64,000 nucleotides of DNA from Octopus sinensis (GCF_006345805.1 NC_043005.1:71858001-71922000), one strand, 5' to 3'. Positions 13,651 through 28,010 are shown, counted from the stretch's first letter. Notes: generated from the letters alone by a model not told the origin. Numbers and translations: made by a program.

Positions 13651-14217
13651 GAATGCAGTCCTTTTTTAAAGTATGTATGCATTTATATTTATAAATATCA
13701 TATACAGTAATCATTAACTTCCTATTATTTTTAGAAACTGCAACTCCACTGCCTTGGTGAAACAAGCTCTAACCTAAATAGCCAGTTTATCATGCACACA
13801 CATTGAAATTGAAACAAAAGAAGAAGGCATTTACCTGCTTATAGCTATTGCCATACAATTAGTGGATATGAAGCTTTATGGAAACACATATATAGATAAG
13901 TTAAGAAAGCTCAATGCTTTGCATGGTACCTATACAATATAACACATTTAGATATCATTCAAATGTTTGACCCATACAATGGACTGCATATTTATACTTC
14001 ATACAATTATTTATAATTATATTCCATGAACAAAACCTCAGAAATTGATTCCATAGAGTTTTGAAATGTGATGAATAGAAGGGATCACATAGCTTGTAAT
14101 ATTGTTCACTTACAAATACATGTCAAAAAAGGAATTTATCCTTACATTTTCAAACTTCATATTTATCTAATATAATGCAAGTATATATCTCTCTCTCTCA
14201 TATACATTCATATATGA

Positions 14218-14258
<41 letters not shown>

Positions 14259-14280
14259 CAGGCACTCATGCATATCTATC

Positions 14281-14484
14281 TATCTCTATCTCTCTCTCTC
14301 CCTTTCATATATATATATACATAGACTCACACACACATGCACATATACATACACAAATGTGTGTATGTATGTATGTATGTATATGCATGTAAATTTGTGT
14401 GTATATATACACATACCAGACAAACTAAATAGGGAGAGAAATACACTTGAGGGAAAAACATACGTACACACTTTCATATATATG

Positions 14485-14537
<53 letters not shown>

Positions 14538-14758
14538 ATGTATATATATATATACAACATTCTGCATACATATACAACATTCTGGAAGTTTGTAGGTATG
14601 TGAATTTATTTTGAATGCATGTGAGTTTATACATACATACATAGATACATACATACATACATACACACACATACATAGATACATACATACATACACACAT
14701 ACATACATACATACATACATACATACACACACACACATACATAAATACATACATAAAT

Positions 14759-14789
<31 letters not shown>

Positions 14790-15369
14790 TACATAAATAC
14801 ATACATAAATACATACATACATATATACATATGTGTGTCTTTGTGTGTTTATGGGCATTTAGATATGTATATATATATATAATTATTTCCAATCCTTTAA
14901 ATTCAGTTTATTCGTTTATTGTTTGTCATGATGAGTAATACAAAGTAAAAAAATAGCATTCTATACTTCGTAATTTTGATGGAAATCTGTATGAGAAAAG
15001 ATTCTACAATAAAACACTGTCAATATTCTTTAATGTTGAAAAGGAAATCATGTGTTTTCTTCAGAAGGTGTTGAATCTTTTAAAATAAATTAATGACTGC
15101 ATTGTTAGTTGTAAATGGAATTTTATGTCCAATTTTTTCAATGAGAATTTCTAAACCTATGAAAGAAAATTAATGCAAAAATAACAAAATTCTTAAACCA
15201 TAGAATTCATTTAGGAAACAACTCTCAGAATCAACCTGAAACGAACATATTGCATTTTCCTCATTGAGGAATAATACAGAACAATACAATAATAGATTAA
15301 CGTGCAAAGTGTGTGTGTATATCCATCCATCCATCTATCTAACTATTTATCTATCTATCTATCTATCTA

Positions 15370-15400
<31 letters not shown>

Positions 15401-15620
15401 TTCTCCCTTTCATATATATATATACATAGACTCACACACACATGCACGTATACATATACAAATGTGTGTATGTATGTACGTATGTATGTATGTATGTATG
15501 TATGTATATGCATGTAAATTTGTGTGTATATACACATACCAGACAAACTAAGTAGGGAGAGAAATACACTTGAGGGAAAAACATACGTACACACTTTCAT
15601 ATATATGAAATATATATATA

Positions 15621-15699
<79 letters not shown>

Positions 15700-15834
15700 A
15701 TACAACATTCTGGAAGTTTGTAGGTATGTGAATTTATTTTGAATGCATGTTAGTTTATACATACATACATAGATACATACATACATACATACATACATAC
15801 ACACACATACATAGATACATACATACTTACATAC

Positions 15835-15865
<31 letters not shown>

Positions 15866-15910
15866 CATACATACATACACACACATACATAGATACATAC
15901 ATACATACAT

Positions 15911-15941
<31 letters not shown>

Positions 15942-16001
15942 TACATAAATACATAAATACATACATACATACATACATACATACATACATACATACATAC
16001 A

Positions 16002-16032
<31 letters not shown>

Positions 16033-16558
16033 GTGTGTCTTTGTGTGTTTATGGGCATTTAGATATGTATATATATATAATTATTTCCAATCCTTTAAAT
16101 TCAGTTTATTCGTTTATTGTTTGTCATGATGAGTAATACAAAGTAAAAAAATAGCATTCTATACTTCGTAATTTTGATGGAAATCTGTATGAGAAAAGAT
16201 TCTACAATAAAACACTGTCAATATTCTTTAATGTTGAAAAGGAATCATGTGTTTTCTTCAGAAGGTGTTGAATCTTTTAAAATAAATTAATGACTGCATT
16301 GTTAGTTGTAAATGGAATTTTATGTCCAATTTTTTCAATGAGAATTTCTAAACCTATGAAAGAAAATTAATGCAAAAATAACAAAATTCTTAAACCATAG
16401 AATTCATTTAGGAAACAACTCTCAGAATCAACCTGAAACGAACATATTGCATTTTCCTCATTGAGGAATAATACAGAACAATACAATAATAGATTAACGT
16501 GCAAAGTGTGTGTGTATATCCATCCATCCATCTATCTAACTATTTATCTATCTATCTA

Positions 16559-16575
<17 letters not shown>
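14281..16575 (+). repeat. Tandem duplication, two ~1.1-1.2 kb units (about 14281-15388 and 15389-16575)
   Basis: Unique AT-rich 14881-15340 matches 16079-16537 (offset 1198, then 1197 after a 1-nt indel). Internal microsatellites differ in length. Confidence 0.92.
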
Positions 16576-16601
<26 letters not shown>

Positions 16602-16688
16602 GTCTCTCTGTCTCTCTGTCTGTCTATCTATCTAGCTAACTAGCTATTTGTCTGTTTATCTTTCTATCTGTGTGTATATGTGCATGCA

Positions 16689-16721
<33 letters not shown>

Positions 16722-16829
16722 GCATTTGCACACATATATTTATAAATATATATATATGCATAAATATATATTACATGTTTCTCTCTCTCTGCATGTGTAT
16801 ATATATCTATATGTACATAAAGATATATA

Positions 16830-16932
16830 TAGGCAATAGTAGAAGATACTTACCCAAGGTGCCACACAATGGGACTGAACCCGAAATCATGTAGTTCATA
16901 AACAAGCTACTTACTACACAGCCACTCCTATA
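16830..16932 (-). mobile_element. SINE family A, 5' fragment
   Basis: tagtagaagatacttacccaaggtgccacac..ggactgaacc..actacacagccactcct matches 2205-2300. Confidence 0.7.
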
Positions 16933-17704
16933 CCTATATATATATATAGTATGTAAATAGGGTTGAAATCCAAGATTTGTCCTTATATTTGTAAATTTTA
17001 TATTGGAAATACTGTAAAAAGTTGAAAACTACATTTTGCAGAGCACTTACTCATCAAAACAGGTGATTAGAAAAGTCTGTTGTTATTTTTTTCCCCATTA
17101 CACATGTTTCAATACTGAATAGGAATTACAGAGATATACAAAAACATGTAAGACATCTCCAGTCAGCAATTTTTCAGACAGGGAATTAAAATAATGCTAT
17201 TATAATAATCATGTGTGTCTGTGTGCGTGTGTGAGAGAGAGAGTGTGTCTGTTGATATATATGTATATAATTGTTTTCCTGTACTACCGTTTATTATAAA
17301 TTGAAGGCTTATGCAAAAGTTATATGCTTTTAGTTAAAATGATTTCTATAAATACTAAGATTACAAGACTTAACATTTAAAATATTTAATGAATAACAAG
17401 GCATTTAGATATGAGAGTAGAAATAAAGTAATAGATTAAAAGGAATTGAATGAATAAGCCATATAGTTTTCTTGCTCTGTCACTTTTGTTTCCAGCCTTA
17501 TACCTAACTACCTTGTTAAGTGTTAAATATTTGAAATGTTAAATGTTAAATTTCAGAATTGCAGTCATTTGTAAGCTTTAGAATCTTAGTATTTGTAAGC
17601 GGGTAATTTATGGCAAAAACATTTAGTTCTATCAAAAGGTGGCAATGTGACACTTGGAGGACTGTCAGAATAAAATCCTAGCTATGATTGGTGGGATTAC
17701 TATC

Positions 17705-17707
<3 letters not shown>

Positions 17708-17770
<63 letters not shown>

Positions 17771-17823
17771 CACTATTACTATTACTATTATTATTACTAC
17801 TATTATTATTATTATTATTATTA

Positions 17824-17872
<49 letters not shown>

Positions 17873-17958
17873 TTTATTATCATCATCATTATTATTATTA
17901 TTATTTCTATTATTATCACTATTACTATTACTATTAATATTACTACTATTATTATTAA

Positions 17959-17992
<34 letters not shown>

Positions 17993-18012
17993 GTTATTAC
18001 TATTGTTGTTGT
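17708..18012. repeat. ~300-bp (TAT)n array
   Basis: Read directly from the sequence. Confidence 0.95.
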
Positions 18013-18174
18013 AGTTGTTTTTAACTTTATGCATAGAATACTTTCTCCTCGTGTTTTCATCTGTGTGTGTATGTGTGTTGTGTATGTACATGGTATGTGT
18101 CTATGCACGCACACTCACACACATATACAAATATATGTTTATTGAGATAATGGACACTTAGAAAACTAGTCCTG

Positions 18175-18208
<34 letters not shown>

Positions 18209-18210
<2 letters not shown>

Positions 18211-18400
18211 TCATCATCATGATCACCATTTAACGTCTGTTGTCCATGCTGGCATGGGTTGGACGGTTTACCCGGGGCTGGTAAGCTGGAAGGCTGCACC
18301 AGATTTCAGTCTGATTTGATATGGATTTCTATGGCAGGATGCCCTTCCTAACACCAACCACTCTGAGAATGTAATGGGTCCTTTTATGCGACACTGGCAT
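18209..18400 (-). mobile_element. Repeat family C
   Basis: Collinear with 713-990. Confidence 0.75.
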
Positions 18401-18585
18401 GGGTTCCATATATGTAACATCAGTATGGGAAGCAGTAATTGAAGTAGATGGTGAATTTGCTCCCAAATAATCATTTTAAAATGTTTTTGCTGCATACTGT
18501 TATTGTTTTTGTTGAATAAAATTTGTTGAAAAAAAGCCATAATAATTATGCACCAACCCATTAAATATATATGTATATATATATT

Positions 18586-18705
18586 ATTGTGTCTGGGGAG
18601 AGTCATTCTCTTTTAGTGCCTTATTATTTAACACACACATTTACTAGTTTATTTTTTCTAAAATTTTCATTGTGTCTCGCAACCTTTTCAATAGTTGTTG
18701 ACTCT
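18586..18705 (+). repeat. Solo diverged copy of the 26214 fold-back arm
   Basis: ttgtgtctggggagagtcattctcttttagtgcctta..ctaaaattttcattgtgtctcgcaaccttttcaatagtt. Confidence 0.8.
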
Positions 18706-19199
18706 GTTATCCAAACTGCGTTCTTTTTGTTTGTTTACGTGCATGTGTGTAGGTCAGTGTGCATGCACATACACATGTATATGTCTGTCTGTATGTATGT
18801 ATGTATGATGTATGTATGTATGTATGTATGTATGTATGTATGTATGTATGTATATCATTATTCAAGAGTTTATTTCAAGAGCTCTTGCCAATAGGGAAAA
18901 ACCAGTTTGTAACCTAGATCCAAGGCTCCTTCATTGGAATTTCAACATCAACAACAGGGTATTTTTGTTTGTATGTTTGTATGTATGTACGTATGTATGT
19001 ATGTACGTATGTATGTATGTATGTATGTATGTATGTATGTATGTATGTATGTATGTGCAGATTTGTATGTTGTATGTATTCTCATGCATATAGTTACACA
19101 TCGAGACATGCTTATATATATTTAAATGATGTATGTATGTAGGTGTGTGTATACACATATGTAAGCATGTACGTATTTGTATATCCATAAACAAAATAT

Positions 19200-19470
19200 A
19201 TCATCATCATCATTATCATTTAACGTCCGCTTTCCATGCTGGCATGCATTGGACAGTTTGACTGAGTTCTGGCAAGCAAGAAGGCTGCACCAGGCTCCAA
19301 TCCAATCTGGCAATGTTTCTACAGCTGGATGCCCTTCCTAACATCAACCACTCTGAGAGTGTAATGGGTGCTTTTTATGTGCCACTGGTATGAGGGCTAG
19401 TCAGCTGGCACTGGTATCGACCATGCTCAAATGGGGCTTTTTATGTGCCACCAGTATGGGAGCCAGTCTG
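19200..19470 (-). mobile_element. Repeat family C
   Basis: Collinear with 713-990, including the tttttatgtgccac repeats. Confidence 0.78.
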
Positions 19471-19499
19471 GTGTGTGTGTATATGTGTATGTTCGTGTG

Positions 19500-19702
19500 T
19501 AAAAAATCGAAGGTCCTTCCTGAGCCAAAGGCTAATAAGGCCAGGTTATGGATTCTGTGACATATATATTCCGCCCCTGCATGAGACATCAGTCTTTGGC
19601 AGGATTACTCATTTTTGTGAAATGAGGTGTTTTAATCAGGACCACTACACATCACCTGTCCAAGGTCTTAACATCATGAGTGCAACACCCTAACAATGCA
19701 CC
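19500..19702 (-). mobile_element. tRNA-head SINE (CORE-like), diverged
   Basis: Reverse complement starts gttagggtgttgcactcatgat; the same head occurs at 51190-51312 (-). Confidence 0.5.
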
Positions 19703-20267
19703 TTTACACACACACACACACTTATCACATATATAAAGACAAGATGAAGACGTCACCAACAAGTGGTGACATGATCTGATCCTTTACATCTTAACTTGGA
19801 TAAACTATGTACCCAGTCAAAGTTACATATATACATGAAAAACTCAAACATTCTGTGATACATAATTCTTCTCATTGTATTTTTAATTAATTTCTATATT
19901 CATTGTTGCTACATAGTTGTGATATGATCTAGGTTTAAAGCTCTATATTCTGGTGGAGACACTCTAACAGCATAACTATTTATTAAGCAAGAAAAAAAGT
20001 TAATGGTCCCAGAATTTAAGTTCAGAAATTATATTTCTTTGCCACTAGGTACTATGCAAATGCTTCTTAAACTTCTTAAATCCTACAGATCTTTCAAAAG
20101 CTTAGCCAAGGTCTCAAGATGTTAAGCAGATAAGAGATAAATCTGTCCCTTTGATACAATATTTGTGTAGCTCGTGTAACATTCCCAGAAGATACATTAT
20201 GTATTACCAACGTGATGGATGGTAGGCCTAACATGTCATGTGATTTTATGTGTATATGTTTGTATGT

Positions 20268-20319
<52 letters not shown>

Positions 20320-20639
20320 TGAAAGTTGGCATTCCCAAACAAGACAGAATTCTGCGTGAATAGTTGACTGCAATATTCAATCCTAATTCATGGCTGAATG
20401 GACAGCGATAGGAAGGCCATTCAGCTGTAAAGAGACAAATGTGAAAACAAAGAAAAGCCATCTCATCCATAACTACCATGGAAAAATTGATACAAAACAG
20501 TAACACACACACACACACATACACACACGTGCACACACCACACACTATGCAGTTACATATTACACATATACAAATGTGTGTGTGTGTGTGTTTGCTTTTA
20601 ATGCATACTCATGTATGTTTATGCATATATATGTGTGTG

Positions 20640-20705
<66 letters not shown>

Positions 20706-20983
20706 TGTATATATATCTGAAGCTCTTTGATTGAATGCATGCTGTGTAGTGTGAGGCTCTGTATAGCAACGCAGTCAATCATCAACTGACTTCTAATAAA
20801 TATAAACTATTTAACCATGTATTGAGTACTTTTTGTTTCTTTTGTGACATTTTATTATATCAACACATTATACATCCATACATATACACATATATATATG
20901 TGCATGCATATGCATGGCATACATTTGTACATAATATATGTCTATATATATACATGTGTCTATGAATACATACATACATATAT

Positions 20984-20989
<6 letters not shown>

Positions 20990-21028
<39 letters not shown>

Positions 21029-21035
21029 TATATAC

Positions 21036-21085
<50 letters not shown>

Positions 21086-21115
21086 TATATAATATATATA
21101 TATAATATATAATAT

Positions 21116-21153
<38 letters not shown>

Positions 21154-21155
21154 AT
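20990..21155. repeat. Long (TA)n array
   Basis: Read directly from the sequence. Confidence 0.95.
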
Positions 21156-21849
21156 TGAAACCTTTATAATTGAAAATAGAAGTTAAATGAATACTAAAGG
21201 ATACTTAGGGTAAAAAAATTAAGTACCCTTTGAAACTATTTATTAAATAGTTTCAAAATGTGGTATTAGATTATATTTAATGGAAAAAAGTTATTTATTG
21301 TCAGTGTTTTAAGGCTGATAAATAAATTCCCTTCCAGCGTGTTTGTTTTGAGCAACAGTTTGAGCATCAGACAGAATTACTATATTCTGGATTCAAATTC
21401 TGCCTACATGCTTTCAACAAGTGTTAATCACCCACCAACAACAGCTCTTCATCAATCCATAATTATGCAGTATAGACAGGTAGCTTACACTCAGCATAGA
21501 TAAGCTGTTAACTATTTATTGAAGTTTAGTCCAGCAGTGGATTAAAAATATCTAAATGGAAAAGTGACTGAAAAGCAAACCATAGGTGATAATAGAATAT
21601 ATTGTTGCCTTACTATAATTTGTACTTATATATGAAGAGGAAATATGAGACATAAGGCTTATTAAATAAAAGCAAAATGCCCCCTCCCCCCTCCAATGGA
21701 CAGTGCTAAGTTGTCAAACATTTAAACCAAATTTTCTCAAAACAACTTGTCCAACTGTCCCATAGGCTTCCCCTTTGAGAAACACTGATTTAAGCTAAAT
21801 TTGAGACACCAGCAAAAGAAGAAATAAAGATAGGCTTTTTTTCTATTCC

Positions 21850-22025
21850 AAAGAATGTTTTATCGATTGCATTCTCACCTGGAATCGATTTTTGTAATTT
21901 TTTCAAGACTTATACATGCCCTGATACCGTTGGTATCTACATATCAAATTTGAGTGCAATCGGATGGATGATGCCCGAGATCTTAGAAGACACACACACA
22001 GACAGAACAGATTTTATATAATAGA
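21850..22025 (-). mobile_element. Helitron-like non-autonomous element, 5' end only
   Basis: Minus strand reads A|TCTATTATATAAAATCTG.., matching the Helitron A|TC 5' signature. No CTAG 3' end found nearby. Confidence 0.5.
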
Positions 22026-23914
22026 TATACTAATAAATTGTATTCATAAATAGTAAAATGAAACTGTGAGCTTTGGGGGGCCCGAAGCTATTCCTTTCTA
22101 TTCATTGCAAATATTTCATTTCATAATCATCTTTCATAATTTTTCGTTATATGTATCGCATGTTTTGTGTTGTTATGTCCCCTCTCTATTCAGGCTATAT
22201 GCCTATAATAAAGATTTCAAAAATGCATAAGGTTTAAATTATTTTACAGTATTGAAACCCTTGTTTATGCAAGATGAGACTTATTTTGAATGTCCATTAG
22301 TTAAAGGAGATTTAGAGAAAAGGGATTTGATCATGGGTGTACAGGTTTACAAAAGATATAATTTCCTACTTAGCATTTAAATTAGCAGTTGTGGCCTTAA
22401 GCAACCATGTGTAACACAATTGTGTGTTATTGCTTTCCTGTTTCTTTTTTGAGATGTGTTCTGACTAAATGTTCTGTAAGTGCTTAACCAGTTAAGTCTA
22501 TTAAGAAAGTTTTAGTTTGTATTGATTATGTTGCAACAGGTTAGTTCTTTTGCTTAGCAGTTTCCTTGAAGTCAGCAGGTAATGGTGTTGATACAATTAG
22601 CTTTTGAAGTATTTTGATAGTCAAGCTTCAGCTTGTAATTTGAAGAGATTAGAGCTAGCCAGTGTTTGTGCAAAATTGCAGGTACTTGAGTAAGTGAGTT
22701 TGATAGTCTGGGTTAAGTACCTTGTGGTATTTGTGGTCAGAAGTGAAATGCTACTATAGGAGTTAAAAGAAATGTTTAGCTTTAGGGGTTTGAACTCACA
22801 GGTTAAAGGACACATTATTCTACTCTGTATGTCTCTGTTTAAATTTGATGAGTTTTACTACTGTGTTGAAATTATATTTTTACATTTTAGCTACTTCTGC
22901 TCTATGCCTCTTTACAACTGTCAGATGTCTCATTAAAACTTTTTCATTTGAACACGGTAACTTTAAGAAAATTGAATAATGGTTTAAGGTGTTCATTGTT
23001 CAATATTTAAATTAGCACTTTGCTTAGAAACAGGTAAAGTTTGCTGGCAAAGACAGCATCCAGCCATAGAAAATTTTACTTCAATGACATCTCATCTGAC
23101 CCATGCAAGCACAGTAAAAGTAGGCATTAAAACAATGATGATGATGATGATAAACATACACATACATAAACATACATATAACTATTCATGTAGATATATG
23201 TATTTTTAATATAGATATATGTATTTTAGTATACTATCATATAGATATATGTATATATGTATTTTTAATACATTTTCCTCTACTTCTTTACTTATTTCCT
23301 ATAAATAACATAGATCTCTGTTATTTATGTATACCATTTTTATACATTTTTATTTTAATTCTACAATTCCTTTTAAGACTTTAGTTTTTAAAATTTCTTT
23401 TAATCCAGTTTTATTGGAACAGCAAATTTTCATATATTCCTAATTATTTAGCTATTTTTCATAAGTAATACTCCATAATTTTCTTTTTCAAGTTTCACAT
23501 ATCTATGTATAGACAGAAATTTCTAAAGACACATTTTATTTCTTTTAAGTATAATATAATTTATTTGTATAGCACCGTTTTTATTTCATTAGACACACGT
23601 ATCCATATTTTATTTTTAACCTAACATCTTTTAGTTTAAGAATACTTCTATTCTTTATCATCTCTTCTTTACATCCCAATATTTTTCTTTAGAAGAAGAA
23701 GCTAGCAATTGATTTATTATTCCTTTAAATTCTAACTATCATGGATATAAGATCCAACTTTTTATAAATTCCACGTTTTTTTTTTTTTCCAATTCACTTT
23801 ATATCACATAATTGGATATGTTTTTTGAAGTTTACACAATACCAATATACATATAATTTTGTTAATCTGATCTGGAAAGCTTTTTTAAATACAGTAATAT
23901 GATAATAACACTTT

Positions 23915-24635
23915 CTATCTTTGGCACAAGGCCAGTAATTTTGAATGATGGGGCTAATTGATTACATCACCCTTAGTGCTTAACTGGTACTTATTTTAGC
24001 AACCTCCAAAACAAAGTAAAGTAACGTTAACTTCAGTAGAATTTGAACTCAGAACATAAAGCTTGAAAAAATATTACTAAGTATTTTGTCTGACACGTTA
24101 ACAATTCTACCAGCTTTTCACCTTAATAATAATAATAATAATGATAATTTCAAATTTTGCCACAAGAGCAGCAATTTTAGGGAAGGAGATGAGTCAACTA
24201 CATCGACCCCAACTTTCAACTGGTACCTCAAAAGGATGAAAGGCAAAGTCAATCTCAGCAGGATTTGAACCCAGAACATAACGACAGACTGTCTGGTGTG
24301 CTAACAATTCTGCCAGCTCACCACCTTCATTAATAATGATAATAATAATGATAATAATTATCATTATTTCTACTCTAGGCACAAGGCCTTGAAAATTTTG
24401 TGGGGGATGGATGCTGGTCAATTACATTGACCCCAGTGTATAACTGGTACTTATTTTATTGACCATGAAAGGAGGAAAGACAAAGTTGACCTTGGTGGAA
24501 GTAAATGGTGGATGAAATGCCACTAAGCATTTTGCCTGGCATGCTAATGATTCTACCAGTTGTGTACTGGGGTCAATCTAATCGATCTAATCCCCAAAAT
24601 TTCGGGCTTTGTGCCTAGAGTAGAAAAGAATATTT
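23915..24635 (-). mobile_element. Cluster of three tandem minus-strand family B SINEs plus an inverted 3' fragment (24556-24635, +)
   Basis: ggcacaaggcc..actggtac..atttgaactcagaac recurs at about 23920, 24160 and 24370, separated by (AAT)n. The final fragment is in the opposite orientation. Confidence 0.8.
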
Positions 24636-26213
24636 ATATTCTTTGACATACAGCTTACCTTTCTAAATAATAAGATCTGAAGGATTTTAGTTTTTGTAAA
24701 TACCTTTAATTCTCCAAATTTTAATTTACTTTTATTTGAATCAAATGATTTCTTTTTTATAACAAAGAATTACGAAAATTTATTTTTAAAAATTGCAGTT
24801 CATACAAGTGTTTATTAATTTCCTACAGAAAATTTTTTCCGAGATTTTAATCTTCTTTCATACACAGAACTAAATTTCTTTCTGTGTAAGATAAAATTAT
24901 TTATAGTCATTAAGCTAATATCATTTCTCATTAATAATGTAATACCCCTTGTTATGTGTTTTGTGTAATTATTTTTATTACTACTAAACACAGCCTTGTT
25001 CAAAATTTCAAATTTTAAGTCCTTTGTTTTCATGTTTGTCAGCTATTAAAATAATCCATACGTATATTAAATGCCCCTTACACGTGCACAGTCATACATA
25101 CATACATACATACATACATACATACAGAAAATCTGAACAAACCTGATTTGTTTTTTTTTTCCTTTTCCTTCCTTCCTCTCCTTTGTCATACATTGATTAT
25201 ATACAACCATATTACAATTATTTTTTCCTTTCTTTTTACTTTTTGGTTATTCTACTCCGCCCCATTATAACTAATTTGTTACCTCCTCTCTTTATTTTTT
25301 TACATTTATTTATACAACTAATTGCCATAATCCCACTATAGTTTGAAAAGCCAGCTTTGCCAAAACTTTGAAAGTCTCTGTCATCTTTTTAAAATAGATA
25401 TTTCTTTCTTCAGATACGTATTGAGTTCTTTATTCAGCTGTTTGCTGCTTTCATATAACTGAAAACACCTATATTTGCATGCATATGTGCACGTATTTCT
25501 CTGTGTGTGTGTGTGTGTGTGTAAAGAGAGAGAGAGATTTACAGAGAAGTGAAATACATACATTATCATTATGTACACATACGTTTGTGTGTGTGCGTGT
25601 GCTCATGTGTGTGTGTGAGTGTGTGTATCATGCACACACAGATGCATAATGTGTATTGTTTTAGTGATATCTAAGTTACTGATGCTTTTGTAGAGGACCT
25701 CAATAGAAACCATAACAACGGTATTCTGGCAGCTGTTAAGCTGTCTTTCAGCAAATGAGGCTTCTATATTAATGAGGTACTCTAATGTGTATATATAATG
25801 AGCAGATGGTGCTGCCTCTGGCAAATGTGCTACATTTTACACATTCAATAGAGTGCAATATATAAGTTCTAAAGAATTTACCAATATTATTCCAGTGTGC
25901 ATATTTTATATTGAAGTCAAAGGTTCGACTGTGCACAAATTTTGATGTCTCACATGCACTTATTACTCTTGTCAGTGAATTTGTTTCTATTTTCTCTCTC
26001 AAATTAGTTCTAATAGTATCTAATATGGTTTTACATTGAAAATCATTACAATTAGTTCATTCATAGCTTTTGTATACTAATCCAAATATTTGAGTTCTAG
26101 ATCAGAACTTGATAATTTCCAAACATTTTGAAGAAACAGATATATTTTCTTATTTCATTTTTGGATTTGGTTTGCAAGATTCTTTATATGAGTTCGTGAG
26201 TTGAAGCATATTC

Positions 26214-26452
26214 TGTTGTGTCTGGGGAGAGTCATTTTCTTTTTGTGCCTTATAATATAACACACTCACCGGTAAAATTTCCACTTTTTTCTTATTTTTA
26301 TTTTCCTAAAATTTTCGTTGCGTCTTGCAACCTTTCCAATAGTTTTGCAACGAAAATTTTAGGAAAATAAAAATAAGAAAAAAGTGAAAATTTTACCAGT
26401 AAGTGTTATATTATAAGGCACAAAAAGAAAATGACTCTCCCCAGACACAACA
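26214..26452. repeat. Fold-back inverted repeat, 108/106-nt arms, 25-nt spacer
   Basis: Arms 26214-26321 and 26347-26452 differ by 3 substitutions and one 2-nt indel. Confidence 0.95.
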
Positions 26453-27379
26453 AGATATATTTTCTTTAATTATGTATTAAGTGGTTTTTATTATCACCCT
26501 CCTAGATTAACAATCCCAAATTTTATGAAATTTGGTGCCAATCTTAGGCTTTCTTCCATGCATGCTAGATTGCTGTTAAGAACTTTGCTCTTTATAAAAT
26601 AGGATGTTTTATAGGAACATATTTTGTTTGTGCTCAATTTGTTTAGACTGCAGTTTTTCCCATACAAAGAAGACATATTATAATCATCATCGCCCCCATC
26701 TTCATTACCACCAACATCATTGTCTTTGTTGTCATTCTCATTGTTATTGTCATTATCATCTTCAATTCTAATATGTGTTTGATTGCTCCTGTACTACACA
26801 ATGTCTTGCCAAAAGTTACATCTGTTCCTAAAAGCTGGTGCTCCCTTTCTGTTGGTTTATGTGAGGTTAGTATTCATTCTTGCATCCTTTGATTTCCAAA
26901 TATGCTTGCACAGTGATGTAGTACTTTCCTTATAGTAGTACTGAAGCAAACTGTTTGGTTGCTGCTGATAGCAATTTTAGAATGTTAGTGTTTACAGAAA
27001 TTGAAGACGAAGACCGAGTAAAAAGTTGGACTTGGTGATGTTACATATCAGGATATTGTGCCATGCAGAAAGAATGAGAATAAATCCATGAAAGTAAAAT
27101 TATTTAAGTTTGTATGCCATTGTAAAAGGAAGTTTCTAATATTTGGAGCAAAGTCCTTTTTTGCATAATTGAAAAGTGTTGTGATATCCTTTCTGAATTT
27201 GAAACAGAAATTTTCTCTTCCCTGAAGAATAATTCTGCACAAAATAGTCAAAATTCATCTTTATGTAACCGATAACTACTCAAGGGATTTTACTATCATA
27301 CCTCATATATTTAGATGTGATATTTAGATTTTTCTTTTGTTATACATATATAACAAAAGAAAAATCCAAAAACATCCAA

Positions 27380-27411
<32 letters not shown>

Positions 27412-27769
27412 ACAAAAGAAATAACCCCAAAATTCCAAAAACCCGATATATATATATATATATATATGTATGCATCTAAATACATAAACATATATATGTA
27501 TATATGTATTTATAGACATAGACGTAAATATATATTTATACATTCACACACAACAAACATATACACATACACAGACATATACATATACATACAATACATG
27601 ACTGTGACTGTGTATGTCAGTGTGTATGTACTATGAAAGTGAATGTTATTTTTATCAGATTTTATGGTAACTCAGGAACAATGTGCTTTAAGCAATAAAT
27701 AAAAAAGAACCCTTATTTTTTGCTATTTACATCCACTTCCTAGCATTCATGCCAATAAGGAAAGTCTAT

Positions 27770-28010
27770 ACATGGCTGTATGACTTGTTATAAATAGCAG
27801 CCAAAATCTCACTCATATTACAACATTCTTAACAAAATGAAAGGACATTGAATGGAGTAAGTCCTACGTATTGTAAGTCAGAAGAAAGGAAAAGCCACTA
27901 GAGTCTCTGCAGGGAATAAATGGCTTTGATCACAGGTGATCACAGGGCTGACCTGGGGCTAAACACCACCACCACCACCATCACCACCACCAACAACAAC
28001 AACAACAAAA
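27770..28010 (+). mobile_element. Repeat family E
   Basis: aaatagcagccaaaatctc..aaggacattg..ggctttgatc..gggctgacctggggctaaacaccacc(aac)n. Confidence 0.65.

Noticed and set aside
26995-27215. Frameshifted EIEDEDRVK/VGLGDVTYQDIV..VKLFKF..KRKFLIFGAKSF, vaguely LINE ORF1-like
   Set aside because: The resemblance is too weak to support without an HMM search.
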